From the NCBI GenBank assembly GCA_017654855.1, contig CM030332.1:1240001-1304000 (forward strand): a stretch of 64,000 nt of DNA. The letters are read 5' to 3'. This DNA comes from Podospora anserina. Lineage: Eukaryota. The notes under the pieces are model-generated. The model ran no database searches and had not been told where the DNA came from. It worked only from the letters and a program-made list of their open reading frames with translations. Positions 52,301 through 64,000 of this stretch are shown here, in pieces. Both the position numbers and the translations under genes were made by a program. Positions within the stretch are counted from its first letter, which is position 1, and each line of letters begins with the position of its first letter.

Positions 52301-52946
52301 ACAGTTATTATGTCTCCAGGGTGCGGCTGGGCCTGCGAATTTTGACAATTATTTCGATGGTGAATCCAATCTTATTGCGCTAAACATGTTCACTGGAGTG
52401 AGAGTGGAGGGGGTAGAGGGCAGCTTAGGCAACCGACAGGGTGACAGGAACCGTCCCTTCCAGCTCTGGTGGCACAGAGAGTGGAAAGTAAGAACGTCGT
52501 TGAGATAACGAGATTTTATAACGAAGATTTCAAAATCAACATCAATTACTCAAGCCCATTTCGTCTGTAACGAAGACGCATGGGGTACCGTAGGTACCTT
52601 TAGACATACGCACATTTAGAGGGCTTTGACTCGGATAGTTAGCTTCGTAGACGAACTATAGTAATATAACTCAAATAGAATGTGCAACGCACTCATCATC
52701 ATTTCAAAAAGCATTGACCTAGCTCACATCTAATTTGGATGCAAGGTGATGATGGTGGTGATTACCCCTTTTTTACCTAAGGAGGTGGCGAGAGCTCAAA
52801 AATCAGCCACATGCACTAAATAGACTGTGGCTGAAGCTCTTTCTGTCATCAATGACGTTGCACCCCATCGCCAATCGCAAAACGGAAAAGTTGCGAACTT
52901 TGACTCTCTCCAAGCACGATATTTCCCTGAAGATATCGGCTTCAAA

Positions 52947-53694
52947 ATGGGCGGCGCAAGCTCCAAACCAGCACAGAATGCTGTGCGCAAGTTTCCGACC
53001 AGAGCTCCAGGATCAGCGACCCCCTCATCTCTCACAGCTGTGAGAAATGCAACTCCAGAATCAACAACACCACCAGCGCCATCTCCAGCATCTCGAGCGC
53101 AAGCACAGGCTGTACCCCCAAAGTCCACAACTCAACTTGCGCCACGGCCCTCTGTCACGAAGAATGAGTGTTAGTACTGCCTTTCCAACCGATATCCAAC
53201 CAACATTATGTGCTAACAACCTACCCAAAGCCGCCGGTCGACCCTCTCCATCTTCGAAACAAGATTCCTACTCCGCAAACCCAGACAAGACCCCCTCAGA
53301 CTACCCATCCACCGCTTTTGCCTCGCGCCTCAAACAAATGGGCGCTGTCCAGCCTAACCCAACATACTCCCCCTCCTCAATAGCATCGCCGCTAGTCGAC
53401 GCTTCAGGCATTTCCCAGTCCATCTCCGGCCCCCTGTTTCCCTCGGCGAAGAACAACCCTACTCTTGGAGCGCTGGAAAACCGCAGGCGGCTAGAGGAAC
53501 AGGCAAAGCGGGAGATGGAGGACTGGGGCAAGTCTACTCATCAAGGGAAGGAGCTCTTGGATATCGGCACCATTAAGAAGATCTTCGTCCTGAGTGAACA
53601 GGGCGAGTCAGACCAGGCGATTGAGAAACAACTAGGGCTGAAAAAGGGGGTCGTGGCTAAGCTCGGAAGGGACTTTCTCTCCATCGCCTCATGA
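52947..53694 (+). CDS. Hypothetical protein, probably N-myristoylated, with C-terminal helix-turn-helix-like segment; exons 52947-53169 and 53231-53694
   Basis: MGGASSK start fits the MGxxxS motif. Intron 53170-53230 (GTTAGT...GCTAAC...AAAG) fuses two ORFs in frame. C-terminus GESDQAIEKQLGLKKGVVAKLG. Confidence 0.75.
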
Positions 53695-53886
53695 GCATAA
53701 GCAAGTAAAAAGGGACAAGAAAGCAACTTCTTATACCAAGTCCTGCTCCTGCCGGCGTAGGCTATCAGACCCTTGGAACTCCCTCTTGTAAGACTAGAAA
53801 CCAAAGGAAGAACGAAGAGATAGGACGTCTCTTCCTGTACAAATACCATACGATACCCATCTTTGAACTCAACCCCCAGCTCAAGT

Positions 53887-54924
53887 TTACCAAGCACAGT
53901 GCCCTCCGTCCACTCTCAAGTCAGCCCCCGTCATAAAGCTGCTTGCCTCGCTGAGCAAAAAGATGGCCGCGCCTCTGTACTCTTCCGGATAGCTCAGTCG
54001 CTTCAACATGTTGGCATCCGGCCAGGCGGTCCTCCGTTCGGGAAAGGCGTCGAACAAGCCTGCCGTCATATCCGTGACGATGTACCCGGGCGAAAGCGAG
54101 TTAACTCTGATGCCGTGCTCGCCCCACTCCGCGGCGAGGTTTCTCGCAAGCTGCAAGACCGCAGCCTTGGAGGCGTTATACGCCCTATTCATGATCATCT
54201 CATTAGCATCCCCAAGCATGCTCATAAGAAAAGAGGGAATAAAAACTCACGGGCAAATCAACCCCCTATTCGCCACCGTCCCACTCATGCTGCCCACGAG
54301 CACCAAACTCCCCCTCTGCTTTCGTGCAATCATCTCCCTCGCCACCGCCTGCGCGGTCATGAACACGCCCGTGACGTTCACCCCCATCATCTTGTCGACA
54401 TCTTCCTTTTTGTACTCGAGCGCGGGCGTCTCTTGTTGTATCCCCGCCGCGGCGACCAGGCCGTTGATTTTCCCTTCCTTTTCTGCGATGCCGCCGACGA
54501 TGGTCGCCAGGGCGGATTGGTCGCGCACGTCGACTTGGTGGGCGGTTAGGGCGCCGGAGGGGAAGGACTGCTGGACGGAGAGGAACTCGGGGGTTGGGGG
54601 GAGGAGGTCGAGGGCGTGGACTTTGGCGCCGGCGGAGAGGAGGGCTGCGGCTTGGGTTAGGCCTAGGCCGCGGGCGCCGCCGGTGATGAGGATGATGTGG
54701 TTTTGGAGGGAGAAGAGGTCTTTGAACGGCGGGGAGTAAGGGGGTTGGGTTAGGTCGGTTTGGAGGGGGTTGGAGGAGGAGAAGGGTCGGGTGGTGTTGG
54801 GAAGGGGGATGGTGGTGGTCTGACGGGGGATATGAAGTGGGTTGTTTCTGGGGAGTGAGGTGGCAGGTCGCAAGGTCATGGATCTGGCCGCTCTGGATGC
54901 AGTTCTGGGGAGGAGGGAGGCCAT
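53887..54924 (-). CDS. Short-chain dehydrogenase/reductase (D-arabinitol 2-dehydrogenase/polyol dehydrogenase-like) with mitochondrial-type presequence; exons 54924-54251 and 54184-53887
   Basis: TGGARGLG cofactor motif, catalytic S...YNASK, IRVNSLSPGY and VDGG. Arg/Ser-rich N-terminus without acidic residues. Intron 54250-54185 (GTGAGT...GCTAAT...ATAG). Confidence 0.9.
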
Positions 54925-57900
54925 TTTCTGTGGCTTTATGACGCGTTCTTGGGGTGTTGTTCTCTTGAGGGTCTGTGGGGGCTTCCGAGAGTGTGTCTGC
55001 TGGAGGCTTTGTGTCGCAAGCAGTTGTCTCGCTTATCTTTGGAGGAATGTGAAGTCGAGGCAACAATGACAAACGGAGACTGTTATATAGGCTCTCAAGC
55101 CTCTCAAGTCCCTGCATTAGACCACATCTTAGGGCGAGTCTATCTGATACACATAGGTACACATCATACGCCAGTTCTGATGATCAATCACCCTCCTCTT
55201 TCAGATTCCCCTCTCGGCCCCTATCTGCTAGCTCAACTCGATCCTCAAGCCTCAGATTCAAGTCCGAACCGGCACAACCCCAGGATACGGTGCAGCTAAC
55301 AACGCCGTGTCATGCAACCGGTGAGATGGCCCTGGACCGGTCAACTTCAGATCCAACCCTACCCACTCACCCAAGTCCAATAGAACGGGGCCTGAACCAT
55401 ATCAAGAACCGCAGTAGCACGCAATATCAAACGTGGTTGCCTCCTCTCACTGCTACGGCATCGAGATGCAGATTCGAGACCGCCCAGCTAAACGCCGATC
55501 ACTTCGATGTGGGGAAAGCTCGAGGGAGCATTGGATTTTGGAGCAGCGACGGGTTTTCCTCTTGAGGAAGGGCCGAGGGGTAGTAGATATCTGGGCGCGT
55601 GGCCTAAAGTGGTCTCAGCACACAACATGATGTTGACTGATGGTAGAATGACGCCGGCCAGTGGTTCGGGCACCCCGCTCGCACAGTTGATGTCGAAAGT
55701 GGCAGAGAGCGGAGCTATAGCTGCAGCAAGTCGAGAAAGCAGCTAGAGGGGTGTGATTCTCAGCAGCGTCCTTCTATCACAAAGCGTCCCGATCGAGCGG
55801 CGTACATCTCAAGGTGACAAGTCAACCTGCACGAGATGCACCTTGATAAATCCCGAACCAGGTCCCCAGTTGGTCCAGATCGCGACTGGCTCGCTGTATC
55901 CGCGCCTATTGGCTTGAAGCCAACAGGCTGGGTTACTTTCTACCACCATCACATCGATCACCAGTCTGTTGTGAATGGAGGAGATTCTGCCCCTCGAGCC
56001 ATGGCAAGTGTGAGGTAGGACAGGAGAGAAACAGCCGGCTCGCGGCTTGGGCCGGATGCTGTCCTACCCACCACATAGACATTGTCTACACCACCGGAAA
56101 GATTTGAAGCCGCTCCCGCCATGATTCCCGCGCTGACCACTTATCTTGTGGTACACACCTTCTCGGCAGCTGTATTCTCTGTCCCACCATTCGCAGTTCG
56201 ATATCCTCGATTCCTGTTGAGACATGGCCATCGCGAACCTCGTTCCCCCGTTCTCTGATATTTTCGCGAGACATTGCTGAAATGTTCTTTCTATGGAGGG
56301 GTTTGGTCGCCAAGCCCGGATCCCCCGCTTCTGCATGCCGGGTAACGTAACCGCGTTCGGCATCTCCGTGAGCTCGTTGCGAGTTGATCAAGGGAATTAA
56401 AAGGCAGGTCAGCCCTCCTGGAAATCTTCCGAAACCAGGCTCATCTTCCGCAGCGTGCCCGGTCCAGGGGGGCCATCCGGCATGCAGGTTGCGCCTTCCG
56501 GCTCCGACATGCGACCGTACGTAAGAAACCCCCATTCTTTGCGCCGGCTCGAGTTGCGATGGAATTGCTATTTCAGTATTTCAGGCAACCCGCACGAGCC
56601 ATGGTGCCCTCCAAGATGCCCCTTTCAATATCCCGCGGCGGCCCTTGCCTTTCCTATGTCCTATTATCAACACCAATACCTCAACGGCCGAGTTTCATCA
56701 TGACTCAGCGGCCTACTGTAACATGCTGCTCTTGATAAGCATGAACTATCGGCCTTCGTATGGATGCTCCTTTTGCACCCAAAGAGAGCCAGCCGGAGCA
56801 AAAGAAGCGGCGCCAGCAGCAACAGCAGCAATGTCCGGTCCTGGCATAGGTTTGTGCTGATGGTTCCTTTAGCATGGGGTTTGGCGTAGCTGCGACGAGC
56901 GCGCTAATCAACGGTAGGAGGAAGGTTCCCCAAAAGGGACTCGGGTTGTGTCGGTGCGGGCCAAGAATCGGTGCTTTCGGGAAGACCCGCCGGGTCGCCG
57001 ATCTCTTTGCCTTGACGACAACCTCCGGAGCTCCGTCTCCGGACGGGACGGCACCGCACACTACACAACGGGCGGAACACGAACAGACATTTTTTTCTTG
57101 CTGATATCCATATCCCCACAGCGCCATGATGAGTGGTTTAACGTTGTTCCCAGCCGTTCGAATCGGGGGATCTGCAGATAGCCTTCTATTTATTCATTCC
57201 CGACAGTGGACCCTCATCCGTAGCAATTTGCTTTTTTACGAATACCGGTACAGCTAGAAGCCACGAATCGGCGATCGGAAAGACGGCAAGAATCTCTGGT
57301 GGAGAGAGAATCTCAGTAGATGGTCACGAATTCCTTCAGAAATGGCTGATGGTGATGTGAACATGTCGCCAGATGGGGGTTAGGGTCATTGGCACAGTGG
57401 GCAAAGAGTGGCTCCTGTGTGTGGAGGCTGATGATGCTTAGCTGACGCGCCAAACTGTCTTCAGCAATCCGCTGACCGCTTCTCCCCTCAATTCAACGTT
57501 TCACCATGTCTGCGTTAGCCTCTTCGAACCGTCTTCTCGAACGATTTGCCATGGCGTAGCTCACCAGCCCTCCAACCGCAACGTCAATCAGGCCCGAACG
57601 GAACGATCCGTCATGCCATGCGTGGCTTCCCGCGGCTTTCCTTTTTTGACAGAAATGGAGACTTGACACCTCGTTTGATGCTCATCTCTTTGGAGATTTG
57701 CAACTGGAGCCGCCAAGTTGCATGGCTTTCGCTAGGTTTCGCGCCGACGTCTTCCTCAGCAAAAGAAACAGCCATGACCGAGGCTTCAGGCGAAGTCATA
57801 CGATAGCGGATTGCCGAAGCGACGTCCCCATGATGGACCAGGGTCTCGGTGGGTGATGGGTGAGGCGACAGCAGGGGTACCTGAACTCCCGTGTCCAGTC

Positions 57901-59152
57901 TCTCCATTGATATCTTTCGATTTGTGTCCTTCTAGATTTTCTGCCGAACCGCCGCACCCCGACTCGAGCCATTCCATCCAGGACCCTTGGAGATTGCCTG
58001 AACAACACGAGAAGAGCGCTTTCGTCTATTGAGCTGGCGTCAAACTTTACGCCATGGTTCGTCGGAATTTATCGGGCTCAAGCCATGGCCACGGTGCAAC
58101 TCTTTTGATGGGGATATGACAGCAATCTGACAGTGACAGCGGGCTCTCGTTGCTGTCAACCCTTCATTTGTCTCTATCGACAAAATTCCATTCACCATCC
58201 CTGTCTGTTCCCATATCCCGATGACGTCGATTCCATTCCGGTGGGCTCGGAGAAAAATTAACCTCGAAAAACCGCACAAAACGGCAGCAAGCCCGACGAC
58301 ACAGTGGCCTAGCCAGCAATCGACCTCTTGGCAGAGCGGAGAGTGGAAACTATGGCAATATATTTGTGGGATAATATCACTAGGTCCCTCATGAATAGCC
58401 GGCACTAGGTGGGAGACGGTTCTGCTCCGTCGTGCTGGGAGATTGTGTATTTCCAAATAGTCCCGTATGGGTGACTTCTCGAGCAGCAGAAAGAGCGTGG
58501 CGTCCGAAAATCCGCACAGAACCACGCGACCATGGGCTCCTGTGACAGGCATGGCACAGACCCGCAAGGCTGAAGCCATCGCCAAGTTGTGTCGGCAGTG
58601 GAACTCGTGGGACTGGAGCACCCCCTGCACGACACATGGCAGCCTCGAGTGGCAGCGATGGGACCCTCGCAACACGGAAAGACTTTTCCAAACAGCGCTT
58701 CGCGCACACATGTCAATCTGGTAATCTTCTGGTTCATCCTTGCGAGCCGCGACTATCGTACGAGCTAGCTGACCTAGGCCGGACTATGACTCGCCGCGCC
58801 CTTGAAAAAAAAAAACATCAATTTCCACTTTTTCGGTTTCACCCTGTGTGGTATATAGTCAACACCATGTCCCATCACGGCGCCCGCAGGACCGCTGGTC
58901 TTTCACACAGTAGCAGCTCTGTAGTATTTGTAGGCCAAGCAAGAGAATAGCAGCAGCAGCTTGGCACCCACGCCGGTTTCTCGCCCCGTCCATCCGTTCG
59001 TTCGTTTTCTCGATTTATCGGTTGACCAACTTCCACCTCGACATCACCATCATCATCCCGAGTGGTAATAAGTCCAAGGGACACATTCGATAGGGGAGGT
59101 ATACTCACAAACACCCACAAAACGCCGTCAGACAGCAGCAATTTGGCTCAAA

Positions 59153-60400
59153 ATGGCGCTCACATATCAACAATCAAAACTGGTCAAGGACACCATCCCG
59201 GCCCTCCGAGAGCACGGTGAGAAGATCACGACCATCTTCTACAAGAACATGCTTCGCGACCACCCGGAGTTGAACAACTACTTCAACAGCGTCAACCAGA
59301 AGAATGGCCGGCAACCGCGTGCCTTGACCTCTGTCATCCTCAGCTTCGCCTCCAACATCAACCACATCAGCGAGCTGATCCCCAAGTTTGAGCGCATGTG
59401 CAACAAGCACTGCTCTCTCGGTATCCAGCCTGAACACTACGAGATTGTCGGCAAATACCTGATCATGGCCTTCACCGAGGTGCTTGGCCCAGCAATGACA
59501 CCGCAGGTGCACTCGGCTTGGGAGAAGGCGTACTGGTTGTTGGCCAAGATGCTCATTGGGCGGGAGGCGCAGCTTTACAGAGACTTTGAGTCGTGGAGCT
59601 CATGGCGCAAGTTCAAGATTGACCGGGTGGTGCCAGAGACGGAGGATATCTACTCCTTCTATCTCGTGCCACAGGACGGCAAGAAGTTGCCCAAGTTCTT
59701 CCCAGGACAGTACATCTCTTTGCGGGTGAACGGCCCGGAGGGCTATCTCCAGTCAAGACAGTACTCGCTCAGTGAGGCGTGGAAGCCTGACTACTACCGC
59801 ATTACGGTCAAGAGGGATGAAGGCGCCAGGTATTCCAACTCGGTTTCACAATCGTACTTTCATCCTGGTGTTGTGTCCAACCTCTTGATCGACTCGATGC
59901 CCGCTGGCACCATGGTCGACGTTTCTCACCCCGCCGGCGAGTTCTTCCTCGACACCAACAACTCCAGCAACGTCCCCATCGTCCTCATCTCGGCCGGTGT
60001 CGGTGTTGCGCCCATGGTCGCCATTGCCAACGAAGTCGTTGCGACACAACCCAACAGGCCAATCTCGTGGATCCACGGCTCCAGGAAATCGGTACCGTTT
60101 GAGGAGCACATCACACACCTGAGACGCACCAACCCCAACTTCCACACCAACATCTTCAAGACACACCTTGCCGGGAGCGACGTGGTGGGGGTAAACTACA
60201 ACTACGACTTCCGCATGGACCTCGCCAAGGTCAACCCCGACGACCTCCACCTCAACCACGGCGGCACCGAGTACTTCATCTGCGGTCCCGAGCAGTTCAT
60301 GCTGGAGATGTCGGATTACCTCAAGAGCCAGGGCGTGCTGACCCAGCGCGTCCATTTTGAGCTCTTCTCGACCGGTGACCTTGCGTTCAAGCACCAATGA
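59153..60400 (+). CDS. fhbA: Flavohemoglobin (nitric oxide dioxygenase)
   Basis: Globin domain (FYKNML, QPRAL, NKHCSLGI.PEHYEIVG), FAD-binding RQYSL, and NAD-binding ISAGVGVAPM, ICGP and HFELF. Single exon. Confidence 0.95.
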   Translation: MALTYQQSKLVKDTIPALREHGEKITTIFYKNMLRDHPELNNYFNSVNQKNGRQPRALTSVILSFASNINHISELIPKFERMCNKHCSLGIQPEHYEIVGKYLIMAFTEVLGPAMTPQVHSAWEKAYWLLAKMLIGREAQLYRDFESWSSWRKFKIDRVVPETEDIYSFYLVPQDGKKLPKFFPGQYISLRVNGPEGYLQSRQYSLSEAWKPDYYRITVKRDEGARYSNSVSQSYFHPGVVSNLLIDSMPAGTMVDVSHPAGEFFLDTNNSSNVPIVLISAGVGVAPMVAIANEVVATQPNRPISWIHGSRKSVPFEEHITHLRRTNPNFHTNIFKTHLAGSDVVGVNYNYDFRMDLAKVNPDDLHLNHGGTEYFICGPEQFMLEMSDYLKSQGVLTQRVHFELFSTGDLAFKHQ

Positions 60401-62392
60401 GTGTGAGTTTTTCTCACGGAGATGACGGACGACGACGACGACGAAGCGGAGTTATCCCCCTTTGTGACATGCCGAGATGATGCTCGCTTTTCAGCATCCC
60501 GATCTTTTCTTTTTGCGGGCTGAGGAGAGTTCCTTGGTCAGTCTGCTTCAGGCAGGACCGGAGCAGAGAGCAACATTTCCGTGCATACATACATACACGT
60601 ACACACATATTTGTACTGACAAAGGAGGAAGAGAAATGGGGGAGAGAAGAGAAGAAAGAAAAAAAAGCACGTTTTCGATACCCAGGGCCATTACATAATC
60701 TATCTATGGAATTCTTTTTCTCGTCTTGGCTGGCGTTCCTGGAAACCGGTTTTTTTTTTGAGGGAGGCGGGGGGAAGGGGGTTTGTTTTCCGTACACATT
60801 GTTTGTCGAAAAAAATTGCGCGTGGTTGTCTTTCGTTTTTTGCTGTATAAAATCTCAGGGGTGGTTTGGGGGAGGGTGAGGGATAGGCATGGGCTGCATT
60901 AAAGAGATAAGGTGTAGCGGTTTTTTTTTATTACGGGGAATACTATCAAACATTTTTCCTTTTTGGAGGGTGACGGGGAAAGGTGGGCATGATGGTGTTT
61001 TGTCTTTTTTATTTTTATTTTTTTGGATTGTTTTCTGTTTATGTTTGTGTGTGTCGTTTTTGCAATGTTTTTAGAAGTTGGTCATTGTCATTGTCATCAT
61101 CATCATCATCATCATTATATCTAACTTTATTCTGCATTCATCTCAACACTTGGTGTTTGAGATAGGGGAGGGAGGGGGGTTGCTTTCGTTGTACATAGAG
61201 AATTTTTGGCCAGCACACGGCAGGCAAAAAGGGGGTGGTTGTTAGTTTGTATATATATACACCTGTCCCCTTTTGTATCTATCTGGGGCTTTTACCGTAC
61301 TCGCTGTTGTAATGCTTGATACTCACTCACACTCTGTACATGATGAGTATGGTGATATATGTCGGTTTATGTTATCTATTTCGTCTCATGTGGTGTTTTG
61401 TTTTCACCGCTGGGCTCCAAGTGTCTGGTTGCTGGGAGAGGAGGTTTATGCAGGGTGCATAATTAAGATTTTTCTTGCATAAACCCTTCTCGTTATGCTT
61501 CATCTCTGTATGACAGCCGCCGCACGGACCATATTTAGCCGGTTGTGCATATTTCCGAGGATAACTGTTCATCCAGCAGGAAGATGGATATTGACAACTC
61601 TTTTACTGAGTTGGTGTTGGACTACGATTTCTGGGGTCTTTTTTCTCTTTTCGGGCTAATTTGTTTCTGATCCATCAGGGCTCTTTAATCGAGATCACGG
61701 CGGAGGGTGAGGCTAGGGCTAAGGCCCATCAATTAGGTATCTTTGATGTATGGTCGTATTCCAAACAGCACTCTTCCATTTGTTGTCCATCTCCTTCCCG
61801 GCACGCAGTTGGGAGGCGGGACAGAAATAACCCCCCCAGCTTGGGTGTTGCACTGTACATATTTATCTTGATGTGTTTCCTATAAACAAACAACTAGAGC
61901 AGATAACACCTCGCAAAACAAAGACAATTCATAGCATCTCAATACCATGTGCCCTTACCAAAACAAAATTCTCCAGACATACATACACACACATTTGCCA
62001 CCCTATACCTACCCAAAGCCTGACCCTGATAACCGCACAAAAAAGAAATAGATATCCTGCCCCAACCACCCAGCAAATAAAACGCCAAAGACATAACACA
62101 ACCCTGAACCCCCAAGCTCCTTAAATAATGCTGATAAATGGGTCACTGATTTGCTCAAGACGCCTATCTCCTGGCAACTTTCCGTTGACGCGTAGAGCGA
62201 CGCTTGGTATCCTACACCGCTGACTGCTGCTCCCCTTGCTTCTCATCCGCATTACTGAGCTCCAACGCCTTCAGACTTGCATCGCACATTGCGACATCTC
62301 CGTCGACATCTTTGGGCAGACGGTTCTCTCGAGGTGGCTGTTGCTCCGGCTGTTGTTCCGGCTACTGCCCCAACTGCTGCTGCTGACCCTCT

Positions 62393-62415
62393 TGCTGCTG
62401 CTGCTGCTGCTGCTG
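62393..62415. repeat. (CAG)n microsatellite downstream of the GCN5 stop; encodes polyQ in the GCN5 frame
   Basis: Run of ctg triplets on the + strand, read as CAG on the - strand. Confidence 0.85.
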
Positions 62416-62535
62416 TGAAGATGCCGATGCCGACGCTGCCCGAGCCGCAACAGTACTGTTCCTCGAACTAACCCTTGTCGGTGGGCGACCCCTCCCACGC
62501 TTTGGCTTTTGCTGCTTCTGTGGCTTCGCGCCCAA

Positions 62536-63804
<1,269 letters not shown>

Positions 63805-64000
63805 GTTGCGCGCGGCGATTCCGGGATGAAAGCGAGTGAGGGCTGTATATGGGCGACGGCTCAAGCTGTCAAGCTTCTGGCGCCATTCATTTCGATGGCA
63901 AGCGCCGGGGATTGATGGAAGTTGTCGCGTTACCGATTGACGATGGCTCCGATGATGATGCGGAGAGAAGTGGATCTCGGTTCTCGAAGCTGCCACTTGC

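Overview
Eukaryotic fungal genomic DNA: GT-AG introns with CTRAC branch sites and Sordariomycete-type genes. It is probably from the Sordariales and Podospora-like, but that is an inference. I can support 12 host protein-coding genes: an F-box/Cys-rich protein, a secreted Pro/Thr-rich repeat protein, a small tail-anchored protein, a SET-domain protein, APRT, an EDEM/Mnl1-like GH47 mannosidase, a Myb/SANT-like protein, a LeuB/Leu3-like Zn2Cys6 transcription factor, a myristoylated HTH-like protein, an SDR, flavohemoglobin and GCN5. There is also one intact 1294-bp Tc1-type (DD34E) DNA transposon and two unusually long gene-poor intervals. The most striking observation is that the GCN5 reading frame continues past its UAG stop into a protein-like extension of up to 127 aa. 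The extension contains an AT-hook, polyQ, a DxDGDxxM motif and a basic RRSTRQRK motif, and it is interrupted only by UAG codons, several in small hairpin loops. This fits stop-loss A-to-I mRNA editing, or readthrough, producing DNA-binding GCN5 isoforms. Other candidates are a Leu3 site plus a Gcn4/CPC-1 site inside the leuB intron and a structured long intron in APRT. All intron models and RNA folds were derived by eye and need RNA evidence.
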